A stretch of DNA of 64,000 nucleotides, taken from positions 49,166,001-49,230,000 of the forward strand of contig NC_135761.1 of assembly GCF_052425735.1 (NCBI RefSeq), read 5' to 3'. This document shows positions 11,956 through 23,900 of this stretch, one piece after another. The notes beneath the pieces are model-generated. The model was not told the DNA's origin. It made no database searches and saw only the letters and a program-made list of their open reading frames with translations. Position numbers and translations under genes: made by a program. Origin of the DNA: Oculina patagonica. Taxonomy: Eukaryota. Position 1 is the stretch's first letter. Each line of letters starts with the position of its first letter.

Positions 11956-14900
11956 ATGGACGCCATGGCTTTTATGTTTTCCGTGGCTCGAGAGAATAGC
12001 TCCAACGTGCTGGAATTCGACCCAGAATGTATAATGCAGGAAGATTTAATGAGCTTGAGTAGCAAATTTCCGTTGATTCCTGGTTCGCAGAGGTCCATAA
12101 CATTTTGTACAACCAGTATCTCGCAAAAGGTGAGTGTATGTATTAGAAAATCACCGACTTAGGAAGGGTACGAATTTTGAAGCGCCTTTTGTATTTATTT
12201 TGGAAAGCGCGCGGTGGCAAAGCATTTCGCGGAAAGTTAAGTTTTAGAAAAAAAAAATCGAGGCCTGAAGCTACTTTTTAATAACTTATTTAACAAGAGA
12301 ACGTTTCGGAATGTATACTCAATAATAAGCGAAAGAAATTACGACTCTTCGAAGTAGATGGCGCTAAATCAAATAACTATATTTTTTTACCTTGCGGTCT
12401 TTGTGGTATTCATTTTCTCTTTTTGCAGTTATAAAGTGAGAATAAATTTTCCATTTTGTTTACAATTTCAGCTGCGAGAAATACCAGCCGATGCAGATTT
12501 TGATCTAACAGATCCTTACAATCCTCCGCCACGCTACAACGTGTTACACGATCCTCATCTAAAGGAATACTTTCAGAATCAAGCCATGCGACGAAGACTT
12601 GTTGAAAAAGGTGTGCTACTTGTGTGTTTTTGCTAAAAAATTGACCATCTTTATTATTTACTACGATTCTAGATTCGTTTAACACTTTGCAAATCTTTAG
12701 CCGTGAAGTTCCGGAGGACATGAAAACCTTTAAGAGCTTTGAGAAATTTAGTGTATCTGTAAGTTGTGGTTAAAATTATCTTTGGTAGTTTTTGAAACCA
12801 TATTCATTATCATAATCTAAAACAGTGGGAAGAGGAATCCGCACATTGTACCCCAGACATGCAATAAGAAAGCTATGTTGATTATTTTTGGGACTTACGG
12901 CAAAGAGCCGTCTTAAAGTCCCTCCTGTCGTTTCGTCAAGGTGACTCAATGATGAAATAACTTCAAGTTTTAACGTTTGTTATTTCCTAATAGACAGATG
13001 AAAATAGATAACCACCTTCAAAAATCGCAGTAGACCTCAAAATGATAGTTTCTTAGGATTGAAAAACACCAAAGGGTTAACGATAAACCAAAACTGGAAA
13101 AGATTGGCAAAATTAAGACGAATTACGACCGGTGAGCTTGAAATAAAGGACATAAAGAGAAATCCGCTAAATCTTTTGTATTTGGAGTGTTACCTTGGGC
13201 TTATAATTTATTTCACCCACATAACTTATTTCTTCGTTTCTGCGTTCAAGGTTTTATTACAAATAGCGGCTTCGTCAAATGCACGCTTCTTGAATTCAAC
13301 ATGTTTCGACAATGGATCAGAAAACTTAAATTGGATCGAATACATCAAGACTATCGGAGAGAACGCCAGATGGAATTACAACTCTGGAAAGAGAGACAAG
13401 CTCGTGAACAGCTTCTGCGAGACGAAGAACTGTACAGTATTGTGCGAGAGCGAGAACAGAAAGCCAGAGAGATGAAAGAGCGAGGCGCCAAACGCCGCGC
13501 GGTAGATCGGCGCAAATATCTAAAACTGCAAGAGATAGATCGAAGAAGGAGGGAAAAATACATAGAAGACATGAGGCAAAAAAGAGATCTAAATGAGAGT
13601 AGACGAGATAAGAATCTTGCCGAAAAACAAGTGGCAAAAGCTAAGAAAGAAGAAAAGGTTCGTATGATGTTGTATTTTTATACGTAAAAATTCGATTGTA
13701 TCCAGAGTAAGAGAGACTGAAAGATTGAGAAAAAAATCCATGGTGATGATGTAACTCTATAGAGCTCCATGTGATGTCTTCGATTGGTTGTTGCTCGCTT
13801 TAAAATTTTGGCGGGCAAAAACAACCAATCAGGCAATTTGTTTTCTGCAGCCTCGATCCCAGGCTCTCTCTCCTTTTCCTCCCTCAACGACAAGGGTGGA
13901 AAGGAGAGAGAGCCTGGATCGAGGTTGTGTTTTCTGTAGAGTTGACGTCACCAGTATTCGCCTGCGAACAGGCTTTGCTGGAGAGCGCTCGGCCGGCGGG
14001 GTACGCGCTTCGCGCCGTCGGAGCGCTCTCCGAAATCTCCGGAAAGCCTGTTCGCAAGCTACACCAGTATGGATTTTTTTGGGTCGATTTGAGCGGGGAA
14101 AGAATAAGGCAAACATGTATCCCTCTCTGGCCACGAAACTAAAATTACTTGGCTTTCTTCTTTCTTCTTTGTTTAATGGGCCATTTACAGCTTATTGTCA
14201 CAAAATAACACCTTGCTGGAGGGCAAGCTACGCACTAGGACATTAAAAACAAAGCGACCTGCTTGACATTCGTTTATTTTGAATGTCCCAAAGCGTAGCT
14301 TATCCTCCAGCAAAGTGTTATTTTGTTCCATGTAACTGTACGCTTCAAAGGGCCCATTTTAAGCGCTATGCTAAAAAAATCCTTGCGTTTTGACAAAACA
14401 ACTTTGACCACACTTTGTAAGTGCCAATGAAGAAGCTCTGTATGTTATTGGAAGTCATCGCAATGGTTTAACACCGTTTTCTTTTCTAGGTGAATAAAAT
14501 TAAAATCCGTCTTCTCGTGAAGCGAAGTTCTGAGGACAAAAAGAGAGAAAACATGTTACAGAAGAGGAGACAAACATTAATCGAGGAAAAAGAACGAAAG
14601 GTATCCTGTCTATTTAAGTGATTATATGCAATCGAGCCCGCCATAATGCGATTTTCGATTGAGTGTCGTAAAATCAAAACCAAGGAAATCACTCTGGCCA
14701 ATCACAAAGAACACAGACAATCCAGTGAACCAATCACAACTCGAAGCAAATACCTTTTGGTTCTGATTTTACTTCTGATTGGTTAAGAATCTGGCGCGAG
14801 TTTTTTTTAGCCAATCATTAAGCTTAGTAATGCAAAACGAAAGCAAATGCGAATATCTTTCGACAGTCAAGTGAAATTTGTTCTATTCTACAGGACCCAT

Positions 14901-17900
14901 TTGTTTCGTGGAACAATAACATTTATAATGCGCAAATCTCATGAAATGTTTAAATGCGCACGACAAGATTAAAAACGGAATAAAAAAGCTAAAAAGCTTA
15001 AACAACAGCAAAAGTAAACTTACAATAATTTAAAAACAACTTTGATAAAAATGCTTTTTGAAAAAGGTAAGTTTTTAGCTTGGCTTTAAAAATACAAACA
15101 CTGCTGGTGCTTCTTGATTATGTCAAATGGTAGCGCATTCCATAGTTTTGGTGCGGCACAGGTAAAAGAGCGGTCACCGAGGGGAAGCTTTTGATTTAAA
15201 ACGCAGATAACTAAGTGAAAGTTTAACGCTAAAATTCTTAAGATTACAAAGCTATCAAATGGCGAAACAGTTGATTATCAACTGGAAGTTAAAAAATTTT
15301 AAATAGACTAGCGTGGCGTATTTTGAACAGCTGTCGTTTCGAGCGTTACTCTTTCGTTGCAGCTTTGTAACTTTGCTCCGACAAAACGCTGACGCTCGAA
15401 ATCTCAGCTTTTTAAAATCCACTTCGTCGGTTTATTTACCATTATCAACTTCCAGTTGCCAATTAACTCTCTCTCCTCCGCAGAGACCTCTTTTTTCGTT
15501 GGGAAATGGGGAGAGGCGAAAAGTAAGCGCGCGGAGCCTGGGTGAGAGCAACGAAAGCGCGCGGGGGTTTCGCCTTTCCTGTCGTCCCCGCGCTCCCCCA
15601 TTTTTCATTTTTCGTGTTTTTTCGCCTCCCCCATCCACTGAAAGAGCCTCTGCGGAGAAAAGAGAAATTTTACTGATAATTAATTAACTGATTCTTTTGT
15701 GTGTTTTTCAATTTTTTAGTTAAAAGAGAACTGGAAGCGTCGTTGCTCACTGTCACTGGCCCGACAGGAGGAGAAACGAAAACAAGAGGAAGAAGAAAGA
15801 TTGGAGCACGAAAGAAATGTGGCGAGAAGAACATCTATTGTGGCGCAGCAACGGCGCAAGAGTCGAGGTATCAAATACTGGTCTTATGTCAACTAGTACC
15901 GTAATGATTCGATTTAGCGCCCTCCTTCCAATAAGTGCCCCCTTCCGAATAAGCGCCCCCCTTCGAATGTGTTTTTGTCAATAAGCGCCCCTATTCCAAT
16001 AAGCGCCCCCATTCTAACAAGCGCCCCCATTCTTATAAGTGCCCCTATTCTAATAAGCGCCCCCTATTGTGGATAACTGCCCCTAGTGAAGTCATCGACT
16101 TAAGTAGATAAACGCATGAACATTTACCATACCGTGCATGTATGTATTTACTGCTAAAATGAACAATTCTTTTAAAAGTAGCTGAACTTGCAACAATTTG
16201 CTGCTGTTACAGTTTCTGTTATTGTTAGTTATCTTAATATTTATTAAAGTTTTGTTTTGAACATTTGGTTATTTCTCGAAAAATTAAATAAGCGCCCTGT
16301 CCCGAATAAGCGCCCTGTCCCGAATAAGCGCCCTCTCTTGAGGTGCAAAAAGTAAATAAGCGCCCCGGGCGCTAAATCGAATTATTACGGTACTCTACTT
16401 TAATTCATGCACGCGGGAAGTTGGAAGTTGGAAGAGGACAAGACAAGCTAGCCTGCGAGAACTTTTTTTGCGCCTCGACGGCTCGTTTTTTCGCTTGCGC
16501 GTGAAGCAAATGTGAGCTGCCTTGTAGGCCAAGAGCAGCCAAGGAAACTTAATTCCTTTATTTCAGTGTCTTTAAAGCTTTTACAGTCAAACCGGATGTT
16601 CTTTTGATGGGAACTCTGCAATGTTGCGGCGCAATGTTCCAATATTGATTGACAGTTTGCTCGTCGCAACTTGCAACTTTCAATTCAAATTTGCCTGAGC
16701 AAGTTGCCAAGTTCCGGTTTTCATTTTTCCCGTATGAAACATAATAATTCTACCTGTGTCTCAAAGAAAGATGAAATAATTGTCCTATGGTCGACTGCTT
16801 ATCATCAGACTGCGATAAATTAGCGACAGGCTTAGTTGAAATCGCCAAACTTTGAATTTCGCTTAAAAATTCAAATTTGCTCCGCAAGTTACGGCCTACA
16901 ATTGTAATTTTGAAGCGTAATTCCTAACTTAGCAATGTTAACTAAGCCTGTCGCTTATTTCTCGCATTCTGTTGATGAGCAGTCGAATAAGGGGCAATTA
17001 TTTTCTGTTTCTTTGAAACAAAGGTGGTACAACCTCGTTTTATACGGCAAAATTAAAACCGGAACTTGGTAACTTGCTCAGGCAAATTTGAATTGAAAGT
17101 TGCAAGTTGCGACGAGCTAACTGTCAATCAATATTGGAACACTGCGCCGCAACATTGCAGAGTTCCCATCAAAAGAACATCTGGTTTGACTGTAATGATT
17201 CATGGTAATTGATAATCCCTTACTTTGAACAACCACACGCGGTACGATTATTGCTCACAACGCTCGCATGCCTGCGCAAGGAATTGTTTTAGCTTGCAAT
17301 CAAATTAATCCACAACTTTCTTGCGTTTGTGGCGACCAATCTGTTAGCATGTCGCATCTGACAGTCAGTAAAGCAAAAGTTGCACCACCAGTCTAAAGCA
17401 TGGGCTATACATGCACCTGTATCCTGTATAGGAGATGAGTTAAATGTAGGCTTAAACGAATGTTAGAATCCTACACTCGATTCTGTTTTTTCTTTGCCTT
17501 GTAGTGCATCTTGATATGTGCTTACAAAAGCGACGCAGCACACTGGAAAAACAACATCAACAAGCGGAGAATTTCCTGGAGAAAATAAGAGAGAAGAAGC
17601 TGAAAGACTTGGAGAGATGGAAACAGAAACACGCGCGCATGCGAGAGAGACGTCGGTACCAGGTTAGTTTGGGGTGGGGTGGGGGTACGGGAATCTGAAT
17701 CTACCCCCTTCCGTACTTTGAACTCACGTTACTTCATGTTACTTTGTTGATTCTGTCATAAGACTTTCCTCCTTACCTTATGTGTTCTGGCATAAAAATA
17801 AACCCTTTCACAAGGCAATAAGGCAATTTGTTTGATAAATTTTCAAGTCTTCTTTGCAAATGTTCAGTGCTATCAAAATACTTGCATCTTTAATGTAAGA

Positions 17901-20900
17901 ATTGTAGTTATCGTAAAAATAAGCCATAGTTAGACTTTCTTAAGCCTGGTTTTCACTAGCGACGCAAGCACAAGCGCAAGCACAAGTGCAAGAATAACAG
18001 CTCTTATTTCACCGTGAAAACGGCTTCGACTCAAGCAAAAGCACAAGCGCATTGCAGTTTAATGCTTGTGCTTGTGCTTGCGGAAAGCACAAGAACAAGG
18101 ATCAAAATTTGTCCTTTTTGCGTGATTGCGCTTATGCTTGCGCTTGTGCTTGCGTCACAAGTAGTGAAAACCAGACTTTACAGTTTATGGTTTTCAATTT
18201 GTTAATTAGGACTATTATTCTCCGGGAGTATGATTCTCTAGTTATGAGTTAGGACCATTGCTGAATTATCGTTTGGTGGCAAATAAGACTCGCGCTTGTT
18301 TCGCGATTAGAATTTATTGAGCTCGCGCGTCACACTCGTGTATATCATAGCGTTACCTCTGAGGAACAGTAACATAAAGCATTTGTACAATGACAGTGCT
18401 TCATAGGAAATCAAAACAATCCATTAGGAAAAATTCGAAGCAACAATTTACCTGTGGCAAAAAGCAATGCTTCAGTTTCGACCGGATAAACAACACTTAG
18501 CCGCTGCTAGTCTGCAAATACGCAATCTGTATTCGTAGTCCAAGCAGATGCTTTCCACAGGCTACTTGCAAAGATTTCAGGATCTTTATGCACGCCCCCT
18601 CCCCTAGGCCTTTCTCGATTATGCTAGTAAAACTGGCATTTAATGCTACTAGAAATTCCCGCATAAAGCCAGAAAAATGCTAAAATAATGCCTGATTTCT
18701 TTTAAAAATGCCACTTGAATTCCAAAGAATGCTTTATTTTATTTCAAACAAAACGTACAAACTCTTACATTAAATGCTCATATCAACAACAGGTGATACT
18801 TAATAATTGTTTGTTTATAAAAAAAATATAAAATAAAATAAAATGAAAAAACATATGTAAAAAAAATTAAAAAATATATTTTTTCAAAAAACTAAAAAAA
18901 ACACACACAAGTAACGCAACACAAGTACACAAGTAACACAACGCACAAACAGTCGAAACAGACAGAAAACAATCAAATTAAGTAATCAAAATTGTGAAAC
19001 TTTAGGATTATTTCTCCTTCTGAGTGCTGAAATCTGGATCACTGTCATGAAAAATGACAGAAAATGCTAGAAATTCTTTTTCAAGAAAAAACGAAAAAAA
19101 ATGCTCGTTTTCCCAAAAAATGCCGAAAAAAATGCTAGCATAATCGAGAAAGGCCTACCCTCCCCTCGCCCCCCCCCCCCCCGTCTATCATGTGTTACTT
19201 TTCGTCACATCTGGCGTGGAAACTCCACCGTGTTTCAAGAGCTGTGCTAATTGGTCGCTTGGTGTGCTCCTTAGGTACATAGAGGCTCGTTGCAAAGCAA
19301 GGCAATTGACCTGGACCACCAGGACAGACGCAGGTCTCGTTTGTCAAGCGTCTGGGATTTAGAGTCTTCATTGCGAAGTGAATTTGGAATCGAAGATAAC
19401 GTGGTTTACAGGTAATGGAGTACGAGAGCATTATTGAGTAACATATTGCAAAACTGAGGTAACGAACCTCCTGCGGTGTCAAGAACCTTGTGATAGCACG
19501 TAGCCTGATAAAATTTTCTCTGGTCGATCCCATTTTGTATCAATCTTCTCCATTCCCTCCCCGCGAAGGCGTGTACGAAAACATTTTTTTTATTACGGGG
19601 AGGCTCCGGCCGCACCTCCTCGTTCCAAACCCTTACCCTTTCATATGCCATGTTTGACAGAAAAGGTAACCCGCTCGCATACCCTCAATAAATAAGGTAG
19701 CTCTTACAATACAATACAATACTTTATTTAACCACGCGACACCTAGGAGCGCAAGCGCTCGTTAAAATGTGTGCGTGAACGCAAAATTATATAATTATTA
19801 ATATAATCAAATACCTACAGAAGAGATACTGCTTACTCTTAATTTTTCACTTGAATACCCCTGAATACTTAGATGAATTGACCGTACGGTGGGTGTGTTC
19901 GAGATATTCCCGACTCTTTGCAATACTCCCACTCGTGAAATCCCTACCTTTTTATGCCAACAGCGTGAAAAATGTATCCCTTTTGTGAAGATCCTCCCCG
20001 TATGGTTAACATCGAAGAAGGAAAAGAAATAACCCAAATAATGCATCAACACAATAAATTGAAGTAAAATCTGTCACTCTGGTGCGCGTTATTCCACTAA
20101 ATCTCTTTCACTGGTCTGACTTTCTTCTCTGCTTTTTAGCGGTGTTGTTTTCGCGGGAAGGAAGACCAAACGTGATGCTAGACAAAGTGTCCAGCTTGAA
20201 GCGGTAAGATCAGCTGATGTCTTCTCTTGACCTTTTTTTTATCAAATTCAAGCAGACAGGTTGTGAGAATGAGTAATCTGAACATTTGAGCAAAGTCGTC
20301 TTGACTTGAAGGACGCGAAGAACCATTACCTTTGGACAAGACGTGTTATTTCCTAAAGCTTCAAAATTCTAAAGTTTTCAGCATCGATCACGTTAAAACG
20401 CACAGACGATGAAGGAAGCACCGTGATCAGGAAGATCGTTTACTGACAGATCTGTTTTGTCAGCAATGTTTCAAGATACTAAACAATGTGATTGGAATGA
20501 AACGATTTTATTACGTAGTTGAAAATTATAACCATTTTTGTTACTTGACATAGGTCGATTTGTAATTTCAGTAAGAAGAAGCAAGCACCGATTTCCAGGC
20601 GACCTTAAATTTACAAATTACGTTGAAAGTTCTATCCTTCCAACCTTGCTTTCTTTTTAGTAGTAGCGCATTAGCTTATCTAGATTGTAATTTTTCCTTG
20701 AAATGTTAGGTTGCAGAGGAAGGAACTTATGAAGAAACAGACGAATCAGCCAGGTTTGAGAAACTGTGGTCAAGGCTGGAGGCAGAGCTGGCCTTGCGCG
20801 AGAGAGTTCACTACGTCGTTTTTGGCATAATATCAAACGCTGAAGAGGTTTTGAATCAACGAGAGAGGCAGGAAACCTACAAGAAAATTCCAAAGTACGT

Positions 20901-23900
20901 TCAGGGAATTGTAGACGCCGCGCAGGGTATCTTGGCCAATGAACAGATTAATGACGGCGACGTAAGAGCAAAAGTAAGAAACTATATCCTACAGGTCATT
21001 GAAGACGCGTCTCTTGATATTGATGATTCTGGGTTGTTGCTATCTTCGGACGCGAAAACAAGACGAAAGGCTCGAGAGATCGTTACAAACGCTATTAACA
21101 GTGCTAGAGATGTGTCCTTTCGCAACACTGCCAAAGAAGTTGTAGCAGCTGCTATTAGAGGTGCTGCTCAAAAATCCGCCCAGGACATTTCTAAAGATCT
21201 TGCTGAAAGCGCGAAGGACGTCGTTGCGGCTGCTATTATATCAGCGACGTGCTATAGCAAGGACGCCCATCAGGTGATTGCAGCGAGATCTCTTGCGGTT
21301 GATGCCGCAAAAGCAGCGGAAGCTTCATTAGAACGGTTATACGGCGTTAAGCGTGAGCTAGATGTTGGTAAGCAAAGGGATGCTCGTAAAATCTCGGCAA
21401 GCCTGGATAGGTGCGCAAAAGATGTTGCAGCTGCGTCTATTATTTCTGCTACAAGGTCGTTGGAAAGAGTCATTGATAGGGATAAATGTGATGTGATTGC
21501 GGCGCGAACGTTGGCGACTGACGCACTGACAGCAGCCAAAGCTTCCCTCGAAAGGTTGTACAGCGTTAAATTTGAGGAAGAAGACGATGATCAGGATTAT
21601 TACAAAGCCGTTTCCAAAAGCCTCGTAAAATCGGCAAAAGAGATCGGTCAAGCTGTTATCAGTCCAGCTGCAAGATTACTTGAGAAAACTACTGGAAAGG
21701 ACGATCTTGAAGATTTGACAGCGCAGTGGCTTGCAAATGACGCGATTCAAGCAGCGAGGGCGTCGTTAGAGAACCTTTATGGCATTAAAGTTGAAGAGAA
21801 GGATCAGAACGAGCAAGCCGCTAAGGATATTGCAGCCGTCGCTGTGTTGTCAGCCGCACGTTCTTTGCAAAGAGACTTGATAAGCAACGATCGTGATTTC
21901 GCAATGGCGGCACGAGGTTTGGCTAGCAACGCTTTGGATTCTGCAAAGGCATCTGTCGATTGGATCTACAGTACGAAAGTTGCAACAGAAACCGATATTG
22001 AAGGAAAGGAAAACAAAATGTATCTAGATTTTGACCAGGTTGCAAAAGACATTGCAGAGGTCGCTGTCGATTCGGCAACAAGATCCTTGGAGAGGATCGC
22101 GGATAAACACGAATGGGATTTGACAGCAACAACTCGCAAGCTGGCAAACGATGTGCTTAACTCTGCGAAGGCATCTTTGGAGAAGCTCTATGGAATCAAG
22201 TGCGAGCCTGAAGAGGTACCAATACTGGCATCTCAAGAAACGTCGCAGAGCTCTTTGGAATATCCCATTCCTTCAACAAAGGGTTCGTCGGAAAGTGTGA
22301 AAGGACACGAGCGGGAGTTGTGGACAGCAGCACAAAGTCTTGCTAAGGATGCCTGGAAATCAGCAACAGCATCATTGGAACGCCTGTACAATATTGCAGA
22401 TCAGATGGAAGACAACATCAAGCACACTGCCTTGGACATTTCCAAAACCCTAATGGATTCTTCTGGAAACCTTCGGCAAAAACTCGAGAAGGAAGGCCTC
22501 TCAGTTGCAGCTCGAGATCTTGCATGTAATGCAATTGTGTCGGCCGCCAAAGCCTTCCCGAAACTGCAGGAAGACGAAACGTCTTTGCAGGACATTGCTG
22601 AAAGTGACACGAGCCTGCTGAACTCTGCAGCAAAGGTGTCCACGGTTTCTGCTCGAGCTTCGTTGGGGGAACTCTTTGATCGAGGTTTCATTGGTGGTCT
22701 GGAGTTGGAAGAAGCTACAGGCTACTTGGCAACCCATGCAATGGTATCTGCTGAAAATCTGCTCGACACGTTGCAAGACGAAACTGCAACGTTGGATCTG
22801 GATTTGGAGATTTGCAAAGCCGCCACCGAGCTGGCATCACGTGCAGTTGTGTCAGCCGAGGGGTCAGTAGCTCGCTTGGCAGGGGAACACCAGACTTCAA
22901 ATGACCGTGATACTAACAACGGGAACTTGTTTTGGAAGGTGACCACTTACGTGGAAGGCCTTATTAACGGTGCTTTGAGGCATCTTGGGGCAGATGGATA
23001 CATTGTCGACATCAGTGACGATCAAGAACAATACGACGTCCTTACGCATGATCAGGCTCATTTAGCTGATGCAGAATACGGCACACACGTGGAAGATATT
23101 TACCAGAGAGAAATCCTGGCATTGAAAGCTTCAAGAATTGTGAACGATGTTGTCGAGAATGCCATGGAAATTGTAAAAACCAGGATGACAAATGAGTCGT
23201 TTTTTGCCGGTCAATCCGTTGGAGATGGCGGACCGCGCAATGCCCGATTCGCTCGCCGAAGAAGCAGTTCCGTGCACTTCAACGAAAAGTCAATCTTCCG
23301 TTCTCGCCGGGACAGCTTGAGCATTGCGAATAGGCCTCCTACTCCACGTTTTATGAAGGGTCGTGCCGGCTCCGTTGTTGCACAAGAAATTGACGAACTC
23401 GAGAGAGAATTGGCGATTCCATCGGAAATTGAGGTAACGGCAACTAATGCATCGAGCAGTGGACCTGTTCCACGACGTTCGTCCGACCCTGGGCTAGAGT
23501 TTTACTCTCAAGATGTTGCGTCTTCTCGACCAGACCCATCGGCATCCGACTCCAAGATTGACATCAACGAGCAAGGGACTTCCCTGAACGAGAAACTGTC
23601 CGTGTACGATATCATCAAAAGGCGAGAAGAGACAGCTAGCTGCGAGATCTCCCCATGCGAGTCATATGTGGTCCTCCCACAGCTAAACCCATCGGAACGT
23701 TCCCTGATCGCCGCTCGAGTGGAGTCTTATGAGGTGTTGTGGAAACAGAGGAAGTCAACCCCGTCGGTGACAAGTCTGCCATCTTTGTCCCCCAAAGGCT
23801 CATTTGTTACCAGCGAGAGTGTAGAACAAGCTCATTCTCGTAAAGAATCAAAGAGTCGTTCGGTGCCTTCATCATCTCGTCTACCAGACATTAGTAGCTC

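Noticed and set aside
13788-14246. 152-aa ORF and overlapping antisense ORFs
   Set aside because: They cross two GC-rich MITEs in an intron; chance open frames.
15905-16375. Regularly spaced AATAAGCGCCC repeats resembling a CRISPR or iteron array
   Set aside because: They are internal repeats of a TA-flanked MITE in a eukaryotic intron; spacers are short and not unique, and there are no cas genes.
19195-20052. ORFs of 81-112 aa present in both duplicated copies
   Set aside because: Conserved only because the intron is 99% identical between copies; no protein-like features, and one is truncated in copy B.
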